DNA of 64,000 bases, from positions 91,450,001 to 91,514,000 of the forward strand of contig OX597822.1 in assembly GCA_951406725.2 (NCBI GenBank), read 5' to 3'. The notes beneath the pieces were generated by a model. That model ran no database searches and was not told the origin of the DNA. It saw only the letters and a list, made by a program, of their open reading frames with translations. Positions 24,145 to 34,718 of this stretch are shown here, piece by piece. Origin of the DNA: Octopus vulgaris. Taxonomy: Eukaryota. Every line of letters starts with the position of its first letter. Positions within the stretch are counted from its first letter, which is position 1. The position numbers and the translations under genes were made by a program.

Positions 24145-27100
24145 CATACACACACATGCACTCACACACATATATACACCCACACATATTCCTGCATACA
24201 TATTCGCACACACATTAGTGGTAATTTAATTAGAGAGTGGACAGGATAATTCTGTGTATCTGTTGTACTTTGTTGAATTTACCTGTAATTAGATTTGCTT
24301 TGCAACAAAAATTATGAAACAAATTTGGTTAAGAACCTGTTGTTAAATTGTGTCCCAAAAATCACACTAATATGCTGATAAATAAAAAAGTTAGAGTTTT
24401 AAAAAACCAGTCTAAATATACAAATATTTTAGAATTTAACTGAAACACATAAGCAGTATAGTAATACTCTACTCTTTTACTTGTTTTTGTTTCATTCATT
24501 TGACTGTGGCCATGCTGGAGCACCGCCTTTTTAATCAAGCAACTCGATCCCGGGACTTATTCTTTTGTAAGCCCAGTACATATTCCATCGGTCTCTTTTG
24601 CCGAACCGCTAAGTAACGGGGACATAAACACACCAGCATCAGTTGTCAAGCAATGCTAGGGGGACAAACACAGACACACAAACACACACACGCATATATA
24701 TACATATATACGACGGGCTTTCAATTTCCATCTACCAAATCCACTCATAAGGCTTTGGTCGGCCCGAGGCTATAGTAGAAGACACTTGCCCAAGGTGCTA
24801 TGTAGTGGGACTGAACCCGGAACCATGTGGTTGGTAAATGAGCTACTTACCACACAGCCACTCCTGCACCTATGAAAGGGTTAAACTTCAAGTATGGCCA
24901 CATTTCCACTGCATCGTCTTTACAATACTGACTTGGCTATCTTTACGACTATCTTCTTATTTTAGAATGTTTTCTGTGGACATGAATATACTGTAAATAA
25001 CCTCAAGTTTGCAGCTCATGTTGAGCCCCAAAACGAAGCTGTTCAGGAAAAGATCTTGTGGGCAAAGGTTAGTAGTTAATTTTACTATATTGTAGTTTTG
25101 GTGTAACTGTGTTTGTTATTTTGCCTTTAATAAACATGTGCCCTATTGGTTATTTGGTTATGCCTTCTTTATGTACTTACTTGTTACCATTATCATCAAC
25201 ACCTATAGAGTGACCAGTCTCACACCGTACGTTACTACCAGTACAATCGCCACACCTAGAGATGATGATCAATCCAGGACCAGTGACACAAAGAAAGTAT
25301 CTGGCATCCCCAGTACCACTACCACAGACAATGACCAAACAGTTATCAAGACCGATGGGATGACTGCCACCACACCATATGCTACCATCAGCTGCACCCA
25401 CACTGACGCCGGCAGCTACATCTTCAACCAGAAACGCTGAATCATTGCACCATATCAACAATGTCAGCAACGATGTTACCAATAGCATCCCCATGCATGG
25501 AGCCTATCAGAGATATAGCAGGAGTGCAAATATAGCCACATCTCAAGTTTGTAAATATATCGGATTGGCCAGTACATCTTTCAAATGTCACTTCCACAAC
25601 CAACAGTCTTCCTTCAGAGTCCCAGAAAGATTCTTTGTCATGTCCTTGGCCAGCCATGTGAGGCACCTCAAAGATGAAGGGACCCCATGTAATATCAAAT
25701 GGAAAATGATTGAACATCCATGCCCATATATTAATGAGAGTGCCCGTTGCAAAATCTGCTTCACAGAGAGAACCGAAGTTCTTAAGGACTATGCTAAACT
25801 GGTGTGTTAAATAGTCATAAGGAAGTTTTCTCTAAATGTGTCCATTTCAAACTGGTTAGGCTATTTCAGGTCCGTAAGGGTTTTTCGTCCCCTGGTCCAA
25901 GGGAGATAACCTAACGTTTTTATGTTAGCCATTAAATCTTGATATCTGAGCATTTCATCATGTCTGCGTGGTAGAAAGTTTAATTTTTTTTATCTTTGTA
26001 TAGAGTCTGATGAGCTGTCCACAAAGCTGTGGCTTCTGTGGATACAAACCCTTTGGTAACTCTATGACCAGAATTTAACTTTTTAAATATATGTATACTA
26101 GCAGTATTGCCCGTTTTTATATTTTTATTTTTTATTTTTCATGCAATTTACGCATGGTGAACGCAGTTCACGTCAAACAGCTGACTGAGTAAAGTTCACT
26201 ATTTAATGCATGGGATAAGGCCTAAACAAACACATTATCGATTTTTGCACTTGCGAGATGAATTTCGGAACAGAAATAGCGCAGTTCAATTTTCATTCGC
26301 CTAAACTTTAAGTGACCCATTTTTAGGTGGATCTACGATTTGTTGGCTAGGAGGAGATGTGCCGGGAAGTTAAACACACAGAGACACACACAGACACACA
26401 AGTTGAGTTTTATATATATAGATATATCCAGAAGTTGATTTTTTTTTTATTGGTTTAGTCTGAAGGAAGGGATTGTGTTTATAGCCTTCCATTCAAATGG
26501 TTCACATTCAGGCTAGGAAGAACTGGGCATATAGGTTAGTGTCAGAAATGGGATAGTGGACATAATATGGCTGACAAGGGTAGAAGAGCCGAGTGACTCA
26601 GGAGTACTCGAGTGAATATGGCAGACTCACCAAATCCAAGTAGCAGTGGCCACTGTAACAGCAAAAAAGGCAGGGAGGATGCAGCACATCTGTGGACTGG
26701 AGGTTGGATTGTGGTGTGAAATGACTTCATGCCAATTAGTCAAGTGACTTTGTTTTTAAATGCAGTCGTCTAGGATGTGTATGTGTGTATCAGCAGCACC
26801 ATCCTGAATTTGGGAGCATTATTCTATTGTGGGTCCCATCTGAATCTGTAGAGTGTTAGCTGTTAGAGGTTAAAGAATTTTCTGGTCCAGCAGAAGAGGA
26901 CCAGTTTTTGTAACACAGTTTTTGCTATGTTTTAAATGTAGTAGGATCCCTCTACAAAAATTGATTATATGTTATAGGTTTTATAAAATATATCTTTAAT
27001 TGTTAAAATATAAGTTATTTATGTAATAATTTGTATTGCATAGAAAGGTTTCATTGTAGTAAATATTTTTTGTCATGAAGTAGTTTAGACATTAGGTTTT

Positions 27101-30100
27101 ATACCTACTACATTGAAGTTAGTGTATTGCAGGGACATGGGCTTTGGTAAGAAGTACTTAGGATTATTTCTAGGAAGATCTGCACATAACATTTGGTGCA
27201 CTTTGTATGGAAATAATGTATGTTTGGTAAAACGAAGGAGGAGTCCAAGGGCTAAATGTTTGTATAAGTGAAATACGATAAGCAAATTCAAAGAAGTAGC
27301 CTCTTCGTTGCAGAAGAGTACATAAGAGCTGAGTACTTAATAGGAGAGTATATTACAGTATTTGCCTACAGAGGAAGGTAAGATGATTTCCACTATGGAG
27401 AAATGAACTTTTTAAGAATTTAAATACTAGAACACTTGTCAGTTTAATGTTGAGAAGAGCATCCTGTCCATGAAAAGAATTTTAGAATTAACAAATAATT
27501 AAAAGCTTATATATGATTATTAGCTGTAATTATTTCGAAAATTGTGAAGTTATTGCTTAACTCTAGATTCGGTAGTGTTAAATGGATAAGTAAATTACTC
27601 TTTGAATATGATGCATATAATATTCTCCAAAAGAATATACTTTGCAGATATGTTAACTGAGGGATGTAGAATTAAGTAAATATCTGAGATTAGTTGTTCT
27701 TAATAATTCTTTTTCAATTACTGAACCTGGCAGTGCATTGTGTTTTTGAGCAAAATAGCTCATTTCACATTGCTTCTGTCCATTCAGCTGTAATTGAGTT
27801 CCTGCAATAGCTGGGAAGTTAATTCTGTGACACACTGACTTCCCATCCAGTGGGAAGTGTTGTAATCTCAGCCATTTATATGCCATGGAAAGCAGGTTAA
27901 GCTTCAGCTTTATTATAGTCATAGGGACATGACAGGCCTCTTCTTCAGCGAAGAAAAATTTTCTAAATATTGATTAATTTTCAAGTCTATCAGATATCTT
28001 ATTTCTGTAACTGTGCATGCATTCAAGAATAAGACATTTGATCCAACATCAAATTGTTTAGAGGTGTAGTTTCATCATGTAGTCTTACTTTGATACTTTG
28101 ATAGGTTTCGGCCATATCTAACTTAATAGCACCTGAAAAATTAAAGTTGTTTAGACTAAACTAGACTGAAATGCTATGAAATGCATTAAACTGCTGATCT
28201 TACCACCTTACCCATTTGGCCATTTTTACCTCTACAAAGTTATAATTGTAATTATATGAAAGTCTATGTATATATTATAAAATGTAGACTTGATTCTATT
28301 GAACAGAAAGAATGTCTTTAGCTTTTTACAGTAATATTCTATTATTTATCATAGGAGCAAAGGTCTCAGAGCAAGCCAACCATTCCATCAACAATTGGAG
28401 ACGAGCTTCTATTTAACCCGTTCATGCGAGTCAGGTAAATATGACTATTTTTCTGACTAGTTTATACTTGAGTTTTATGAGTTTTCTGGATTATATGTGT
28501 CCAGGAGGAAGGGGTGATTTGATTGAATCTTGGTCAGAATTTTCCAGCCATGTGTATTCCAGATGTTCAATCAGTAAATTAGTGTGTAAGTGGCTGAGTA
28601 TTCCACGAACATAGGTACCTATAATTTTGAAATGGAATCATCACAACAGGCTGTGACAGCTATAATTTATTCAACGAGCTTCTCTGCAATTTTTCTGTCT
28701 TCACAGTTTTACTCAGAAGTCTGTAAAAAAGTGGCATTTACCTAAGATGCTATGCAGTAGTGAATTTGAAACCTTGTGATTGTGAAGTAAACATTTTTTA
28801 TCCCATGATATTGGTTGACGTACATCTATGGGCACTGTGTACTTGCTTTAAATTGGATGGCATAAATATACACAGCCTTATCCGTCCCAGTTTTCATACT
28901 AGTTGACATAAATATCTGCTATTACTCATTGAGTCAATAATAGATATCACTGTGCAAATTTCAAAGGAATCTGAAAGGTTTGCTAGATTCTTCATGTAAA
29001 TATTTCCAACTTGATTTGAGGCTTCATCACCATAATAGTATAAAAACTGTGGCTTTGGCAGCTACACAACCATTTCCACTATAGCTTCTTATCAAATTTG
29101 TACATGTTCAGCTAATTCTTCTGGTTCTTCATGGAATTTGCTGTCATTGTCACATCCAGCTCTGCCACTTTTGTTGAATTTACAGTCCTTGCATTCATCT
29201 TCATGTCCAGCTACACGTTCATCTTCACATCCAGCCACACTGGCTTCATATTTGTCTTCATGTCCAGCTATGCCAGCAGGTTCATCATGTAGTTTAAAAA
29301 GAAAGATCAGTTAGTGAGAGTGACTGGCAGAGAGGAAGCTGACCAGTTGAATGAAACACTGTCTCAACTAAAGTAACATCACAGAGTGACAACTATGGAA
29401 TTCACCAATGATACAGTTGTCTTGTCCACCACTCTCTTAGCCTTTCTCGCTAACTCACTTTTGTTTCAACAACATCACTCTGTCTCTCTCTCTATCTGCT
29501 GCTTAAATGACCCAGGACATGTAAGCCTTATGCTATCCACTTGTTAAACTTACATTCACTCTATCTTGCTTTGATCCCTATTTTAGCATCAAGTAGTTAA
29601 ACAAGAAAACAGCAACATTCATACAGAAAAATATAACTCTCATTACTTCATATGCTTTCTGTCTGTTCTTATTATACACACCTACCTGTCATTGTTAGGA
29701 AATGATTATATGTAGCAGTGCAATAAAATATATGATCTACAACTTTGGCCCCTGTCTTTCTTTCCTGGAGTCAACATCATCATTGTCACTTTCAGCATAG
29801 ACAACAATTGTTACATTCTAGCAACCACTCTGTCACATATATTATCTGAGTTAATTGTAAAATATAATAATAATTTTAACACTGAAAAACTTCAGTGTAC
29901 ACAAACTTGACTTTTTGTGAATGTCACTACACTGGCAGTATTTTGTGTAGCTTTTGACATAGCTGCATACATATCATGAGTGTGACAATTACTATTATTT
30001 CAGTTACGTAGCAATAGTTTTGTTACTTTTTTACTTTCACTTTTTCATATGTGAATTGTTCAGCTTTTTTATTGTAGCAATTGTTTTTACAGCCCTTTCT

Positions 30101-30456
30101 ACTACTCAACTAAGAAATCCATTCTTTGTTAGTCAAGCAAACTAGTGCAAAAATATTTATGCTTTACACTATATTTTGTATTGTATTTTGTTAATGTATT
30201 ACAGATACTTTAACAAAAATAATATCCCATTTACAATTTGTACCTGCTTTTTGAGCAAGACTAAATTCTTTCACACACACTACAAAACGAAATTTTTTGT
30301 ATACTTTCACATATAATTTAAAAATTGTATTAATATATAATTTTTATTATGATTTCCTTTACCAGAGAGGCATCTCTACAGAAGTATGCAAATCTTACTG
30401 ATCCTATTGAAGTAATGAAGTTTATCCGTATAAAGAAGAATGACTTCAAAGGATAA
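8212..30456 (+). CDS. HAGH: Hydroxyacylglutathione hydrolase (glyoxalase II), 9 coding exons: join(8212..8260,15512..15702,17051..17115,18578..18695,22380..22485,23484..23587,24966..25067,28355..28434,30366..30456)
   Basis: All introns are GT..AG and phases are compatible; 906 nt = 301 aa + stop. The translation contains [16 protein letters not shown], the THHHWDH metallo-beta-lactamase motif, [32 protein letters not shown] and NPFMRV, all characteristic of glyoxalase II. Confidence 0.96.
8412..9555. mobile_element. Non-autonomous DNA transposon with long imperfect TIRs (about 400 bp) at the start of HAGH intron 1
   Basis: ATATAAAGATCTTCACCCGGGAACAAAA vs TTTTGTTCCCGGGTAAAGATATTTATAT; inner TGCGAAATACGTAGAAAAATGCGAAGATTACGATTCTG mirrored at about 9108-9145. 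Confidence 0.8.
9675..10549. repeat. Fold-back inverted duplication (repeat end plus TG/TATG microsatellite), spacer about 70 nt
   Basis: 9675-~10136 mirrors ~10208-10549; the outer segment is also found at about 15005-15140. Confidence 0.9.
10550..10831 (-). mobile_element. Mariner 5' fragment
   Basis: [31 protein letters not shown] start; TIR-like TTTTTGATACCACCTCATA. Confidence 0.8.
11040..12310 (-). mobile_element. RTE-clade LINE fragment (RT with Cys-rich insertion)
   Basis: [55 protein letters not shown]; stops present. Confidence 0.92.
13505..13890 (-). mobile_element. RTE-related 3' end / SINE with (GAT)n tail
   Basis: CATCATCGTTTAACGTCCG..GGATGCCCTTCCTAACGCCAACC with internal GGTGCTTTTTACGTGCCACCGGCAC repeats; homologous copies near 17750, 39915, 47068 and 59760. 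Confidence 0.85.
14505..15223 (+). mobile_element. Mariner 3' fragment with inserted repeat
   Basis: Degenerate [18 protein letters not shown]; 3' TIR TTTTTGATACCACCTTGTA similar to 10813-10831. Confidence 0.7.
15512..15702 (+). CDS. HAGH: HAGH exon 2 (contains internal ATG 15598, [13 protein letters not shown]...DPVDPKL)
   Basis: ttttatag acceptor, donor gttagt at 15703, matches the glyoxalase II N-terminus. Confidence 0.93.
15780..16910 (-). mobile_element. Tx1/L1-like LINE ORF2 C-terminal fragment
   Basis: [41 protein letters not shown], typical of the post-RT region of Tx1-like elements; degraded. Confidence 0.65.
17051..17115 (+). CDS. HAGH: HAGH exon 3 ([22 protein letters not shown])
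   Basis: ttttcag acceptor, gtaagt donor, THHH metal ligands. Confidence 0.96.
17745..18017 (+). mobile_element. RTE-related 3' end / SINE
   Basis: GAGTGGTTGGCATTAGGAAGGGCATCCAGC..GACGTTAAATGATGATGAT. Confidence 0.85.
18578..18695 (+). CDS. HAGH: HAGH exon 4 ([12 protein letters not shown]...GGDDRIPAL...ELK)
   Basis: ctttag acceptor, gtgagt donor, DHAGGN motif. Confidence 0.96.
18827..20150 (+). mobile_element. Penelope-like element, internally deleted, with inverted terminal duplication
   Basis: RT motifs [23 protein letters not shown]; GIY-YIG remnants VVYKC..TYIGST; 18827-19037 is the reverse complement of 19941-20150. Confidence 0.85.
20965..21252 (-). mobile_element. tRNA-derived SINE (family C)
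   Basis: Minus-strand head GGAGGTGCAATGGCCCAGTGGTTAGG (A box) and GGTTTCGATTCC (B box). Confidence 0.75.
21882..22320. mobile_element. MITE family A copy 2 (6-bp TSD AAATTA; internal CCCTAA repeats)
   Basis: Homologous to 1733..2142; TIRs; AAATTA on both flanks. Confidence 0.9.
22380..22485 (+). CDS. HAGH: HAGH exon 5 ([22 protein letters not shown]...AVFT)
   Basis: ctttcag acceptor, gttagt donor, TPCHT motif. Confidence 0.96.
23484..23587 (+). CDS. HAGH: HAGH exon 6 ([15 protein letters not shown]...LPKNT)
   Basis: ttttcag acceptor, gtatgt donor, GDTLF motif. Confidence 0.96.
24468..24870 (-). mobile_element. tRNA-derived SINE (family A)
   Basis: Head GCAGGAGTGGCTGTGTGGTAAG..GGTTCAGTCCC, internal microsatellite, tail CAGCATGGCCACAGTCAAATG; copies near 45880, 51820, 57770, 60998 and 62355. 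Confidence 0.88.
24966..25067 (+). CDS. HAGH: HAGH exon 7 ([21 protein letters not shown]...WAK)
   Basis: ttttag acceptor, gttagt donor, CGHEYT motif. Confidence 0.96.
25500..26085 (+). mobile_element. Penelope-like element 3' end (GIY-YIG endonuclease plus pLTR)
   Basis: [40 protein letters not shown]. Confidence 0.85.
26000..26065 (+). ncRNA. Degenerate type I hammerhead ribozyme in Penelope pLTR
   Basis: Stem I ATAGAGT/ACTCTAT, CTGATGA core, stem II TGTCCACA/TGTGGATA, AAA in place of GAAA, stem III ACC-CTTT-GGT, cleavage triplet GTA. Confidence 0.7.
26098..26422 (-). mobile_element. Non-autonomous Helitron
   Basis: Minus strand A|TCTATATATATAAAA followed by (GTCT/GT)n near the 5' end; 3' end CGGGCAATACTGCTAG|T; inserted between A and T with no TSD. 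Confidence 0.75.
28355..28434 (+). CDS. HAGH: HAGH exon 8 ([26 protein letters not shown])
   Basis: catag acceptor, gtaaat donor, NPFMRV motif. Confidence 0.95.
30366..30456 (+). CDS. HAGH: HAGH terminal exon ([29 protein letters not shown])
   Basis: cctttaccag acceptor, TAA stop, matches the C-terminal helix pattern DP...MxxxRxxKxxF. Confidence 0.93.
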
Positions 30457-30527
30457 TAACATTTATTTGAATTTATATGTGACATATAACAAGCTGTTGA
30501 TTTAAATTTTGTTATAATCTGTGTTTC

Positions 30528-30533
30528 AATAAA
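30528..30533 (+). terminator. Probable HAGH polyadenylation signal AATAAA
   Basis: First AATAAA about 70 nt after the stop, followed by T-rich sequence. Confidence 0.6.
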
Positions 30534-30705
30534 GATTTTAAAAAAGTTATTTTGCCTTGGATATTCTCTTTTTTTAAAACTTTTTTGCATCCATTTCAAC
30601 ATGCACTTGTAGGCGCATTACCCCACTTGATAGTGTGTCAAACAAGGTTTCCCTCTCACATACGTACATACAATCACACGTGTGTGTGTGTGTGTGTGTG
30701 TGTGT

Positions 30706-30731
<26 letters not shown>

Positions 30732-30736
<5 letters not shown>

Positions 30737-30758
30737 GTTATCACGTCTGCTTCACACG
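30732..30758 (+). pseudogene. tRNA-Val(CAC)-like fragment (D arm plus partial anticodon arm)
   Basis: TAGTGGTTATCACGTCTGCTTCACACG resembles metazoan tRNA-Val; no acceptor stem or T arm. Confidence 0.55.
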
Positions 30759-30861
30759 TTAAATGATGATATATATGTATATATATATATATATATAATA
30801 TATATATATAGAGAGAGAGAGAACAAACTTACTTAGAAATGCATGCGTGCTTTCCGTCATA

Positions 30862-31223
30862 TAATAACAAATTAATAAATAAAACATATGTATACATACA
30901 TACATACATATATGTACGTACCTACATCTACATGCATATATGGGTACAGGACACCTAAAAAATGTCGGACACAATGAGAAACAAAAACATAAAGACAAAA
31001 CCAAAGGAGAAATTTCCTTGTGTTGTATGTCCTGTGCTTGATTTTTTCGTTGTTTAAGAAAAATGTCCATTTCCTTGGTTTTGTGTTTATGTTTTCATTT
31101 CTCATTGTGTTCGACGTTTTTTGGGTGTCCTGTACCCATATATGCATGTATATATACATGTAGATGTAGGTACGTACATATATGTATGTATATATGCATA
31201 TGTTTTATTTAATAATTTGTTAT
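30862..31223. repeat. Fold-back inverted repeat (about 150-bp arms, about 60-nt spacer)
   Basis: ATGGGTACAGGACACC..GACACAATGAGAAA mirrored by TTTCTCATTGTGT..GGTGTCCTGTACCCAT. Confidence 0.9.
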
Positions 31224-31716
31224 ATATATATATATATATATGGTTATCAGTGAAAGTGGTGTTCATATATGAATGATGCACAGGATCCATAAAAACTATA
31301 GAGAATTGGGAAATTGGGTCTCTGAAATGTCCTGGTGGCTCATTAGAGGTTGTAGATGCAAATGAGTAGGAGATGCATTTAGTAGGAGTTACACGAATTA
31401 TTTAATACTGTTCAGTTCTATGCAGGCCTCTAACTGAAGCCTGTCTCAACGACAGTAGTCCCATTAGAAAGGTGAATTTCTTTGACTGTATGGCTGGACA
31501 AGAAGTTGGTGGTGCCTAGATGTCTGGATGAGGTAGATGCAAGACTAGTGAGTGGGAGTGTGTGTGTATATGTGTGTGTGTGTGAATGCGTGGATGTAGG
31601 AGTTATTGATTTTGTGAGTGTGCATGCATGCGTGTGTGAGTGTGTGTTCCAGCTACATATGCTTGTGCAAATGCATTTAGGGCATGAGTATGTGTGTGTG
31701 ATTGTGTGTGCATATA

Positions 31717-33144
31717 CAGTAGTGAGCAAAAAAAGAGAATGATTGACATTTTTTTAAATGTCAGAAAAGCTAGTAAACATACAAATTTGTAATTGGTTTT
31801 GTAAACATGGTTAACCATTAGCTATATTCTGTGAAAAATCTAAGTTTGTACAATGGTCTTAATAAAAGTTAATAACACCAACACTAGTTTTGTCCAAATG
31901 TCTTATGTGCAAAATAAGAGAATGATTAGATTCCTTTAGAAATTTCTAGAAATTTTAAACATGGTTCACATTTGCAGGCTCAACATTACTGCTGTTTCAG
32001 TATTGTGCCAGCTTCTGAACATGGCACACCAGACTAAAGTTACTTCCGATTTCTGAAAAGAAATTGTCAGGACGAAAGTTTCAGGAATGACTCTCTCAGC
32101 TATTTTATGAGACTGTGGCTGGAATTTCTAAGAAAATAAAAGTAAATTATAGTATGAAAGTGAGCTGCTTTTCAGTGTCTCACCATCTGAAGGAATTTGG
32201 ATTAAAGACTTGTTCCCCAGCAAGAAGAACAAATTGGAAAGACTTTCATTTGCAGAATCTCATGTGAACTGGAGGGATGAAAATTGGTCAAAAGTTCATT
32301 TTAGCGATGAAAGTAAATTCAGTTTAATAGGTTCAAATGATTGACAGTGTGTTCGGTGCTACACAGGAGATTGGCTAAAATCCAAGTGCCTGAAGAAATC
32401 TGCCAAGTTTGGAGGAGGAAGCGTCATGGTGTGGGGAATGATTTCTTCTGAAGGAGTTGGCCCTCTAGTGCAGATTAAAGAAACTATTACTGCCAATATC
32501 TATTTGAATTTGGTTAAACAGCATCTGATCCCATCATTACAAGTATTTCTGAATCAACCATGCATTTTCATGCAAGATATTGCCCCTTGTCATACTGCAA
32601 AGCGTGTCACTGGATTCTTTAGTGAACAAAATATCCAAGTAGTGAAGTGGTTAGCACAAATTCCAGACTTAAATTCAATTGTAAACCTTTGGAAGATACT
32701 CGGAGACAAAGTAACACAAAGAGCACCAACTACTACGATGAATTTATGGGAGATATTAGAAGAGGAATGGAAGAATTAACACCTGACTTGTACAGGAAAC
32801 TTGTCCTGTGGCAATTGATGTGCAAAGGTGATCTCTAACAAAGGTTTACATTATAATAACTGTATTAAGTTCATATTTACATTTCTTTCAATCGTTTTTA
32901 TGATTCTGAGTTAATTGAAGCATTTTTTGGTTTGATTGTTCTCTTATTTTGCACGGGAGATTTGGATGAAACTATTATTAACTGTTACTAACTTTTATTA
33001 AGTCCATTGTACAAACTTAGATTTTTCCCAGAATTTAGCTAATGGTTAACTGTATTTATGAAACCAATTGCAAATTTGTGCGTTTACTAGATTTTCTGAA
33101 ATTTAAAAAAAATATTAATCATTCTCTTTTTTTGCTCGCTACTG
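31717..33144 (+). mobile_element. Tc1 transposon with both ends, IR/DR type, defective transposase
   Basis: TA|CAGT..ACTG|TA; TIRs of about 210 bp with inner and outer GCAAAAWAAGAGAATGATT repeats; FSDESKF, GGGSVMVWG, MQDIAPCH, PDLNSIVNLW (catalytic E replaced by V). Confidence 0.95.
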
Positions 33145-33539
33145 TATATGATTTTTCTAGTGTTATTTGTGTCCTGACATAATGTATGCTAGGGTAGTAA
33201 CATGTACGTATGTGTGTGTGTGTATGCATGTGAGAGCACGTTGCGCACATGTGTGTGTGTGTGTGTGTGTGTGTACATGTGTGTGTTTGTGTGTGAATGT
33301 GCGTATATATGCTTCTGTTATTTATGTATGTGGGTGTGATAGACATATGCTGATGTGGAAGATGTGTTATTTATGTATATGGCTGTCATGTAAGTGTAGT
33401 TATGTGAATGTATGCACATGAGTGTGTGCGTGTGTGGGTTGCATGTGTGTGTGTGTTTTGTGGGTGCATGTATGTGCTTACACATGTGCACGTGTGAATG
33501 TGTGTGTGGGCGTTTGTGGGTGTGTATGCACATAGATGC

Positions 33540-33573
<34 letters not shown>

Positions 33574-33599
33574 ATGTGTTACTTTTGAAGTTAGGCGTC

Positions 33600-34130
33600 T
33601 GTGGTGGTAGGGTCAATCTGCACTGGTTATTGGTGGTTGGTAATTCTGTCTTTGGTTGTGGAGCAATCAGCGATGAGCAGCAGGTGATGTTAAGGTGGAA
33701 TGTCTGGATTGTAGGTAGTCAATGGGTTGAAGTTCACCTGGGGGGCATACCTCTGGTGGAAGCAATAGGATAGTTAATATTTCCTGCTAAGAGATACTGC
33801 TGGTCAATGGAGGATGTGCAGCCATTCACAGAGGCAGAGCTGGCAATTTCAGGCACCAGGTGGTTAGGGGGGGGGGCACCCTATTGACTATGGTCCATTC
33901 AGTACTGGGTGTTTCATTCTGAAGATCACAGAGTCTCAAGAGGAAGTGAGACAAAGTTGAATTCTCTCTATCCCTGCATCTGAGCAAGTGCATGTACCTT
34001 ACCTTGAAATCGTTGGCTGTCATACCTGAGTAGTGCCCTGTGATGTCATCAAATAGTGTAAAGGAGGCTCTGTAGCCTTTGAGAGCCTGTATCCTCCTAG
34101 ACGGCAACTTGTAGAGTTTTGGAAGTAAAA
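33600..34130 (-). mobile_element. Degenerate Penelope-like GIY-YIG fragment
   Basis: YRAS..HYSGMTANDFKVRY..STLSHF..EWTIV followed by a Cys pair. Confidence 0.6.
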
Positions 34131-34447
34131 AGTTGGGGTTGTTGATTGTGCAGGTGCATGTTTACACCTGTTATATCATTTACAATACTTGCAGAGTTTC
34201 TAATTCATATTTGAATTTATTCCTATGTATGTAACATATTAGCAGATGATTTTTACACCATTTTACATATAGTCATGGACAGGCTGGTCAGTCTGGGTAC
34301 AAGATGTTGATGAACCACAAAAATGGTGACTTGGGGTGAGTTGTCTCACCTGTCTATGACTATAACTTTCAGGTGCTTTGGGAAAGTCATGTCCACTGGT
34401 GAACAAGTAAAGCACATACATTATGTGTATTTGATGATATATATATA

Positions 34448-34676
34448 TTTCTTTACTACCCACAAGAGGCTAAACACAGAGGGGACAAACAAGGACAGAC
34501 AAACAGATTAAGTCGATTACATCAACCCCAGTGCATAACTGGTACTTAATTTATCGACCCCGAAAGGATGAAAGGCAAAGTCGACCTCGGCGGAATTTGA
34601 ACCCAGAACGTAACGGCAGACGAAATACGGCTACACTTTTCGCCCGGCGTGCTAACATTTCTGCCAGCTCACCGCC
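34448..34676 (-). mobile_element. tRNA-derived SINE (family B)
   Basis: GGCGGTGAGCTGGCAGAA..GGTTCAAATTCCGCCGAGGTCGACTTTGCCTTTCATCC; copies near 39280, 42825 and 50105. Confidence 0.85.
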
Positions 34677-34683
34677 TATTTGA

Positions 34684-34718
<35 letters not shown>

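Noticed and set aside
24800-24870. tRNA-like A/B box sequences (also at 21200, 34600, 46250 and 61000)
   Set aside because: SINE heads continuing into SINE bodies; no complete cloverleaf, so not called tRNA genes
25138-25494. Thr-rich ORFs of about 100 aa on both strands in HAGH intron 7
   Set aside because: Low-complexity sequence adjoining a Penelope remnant, with no splice or homology support
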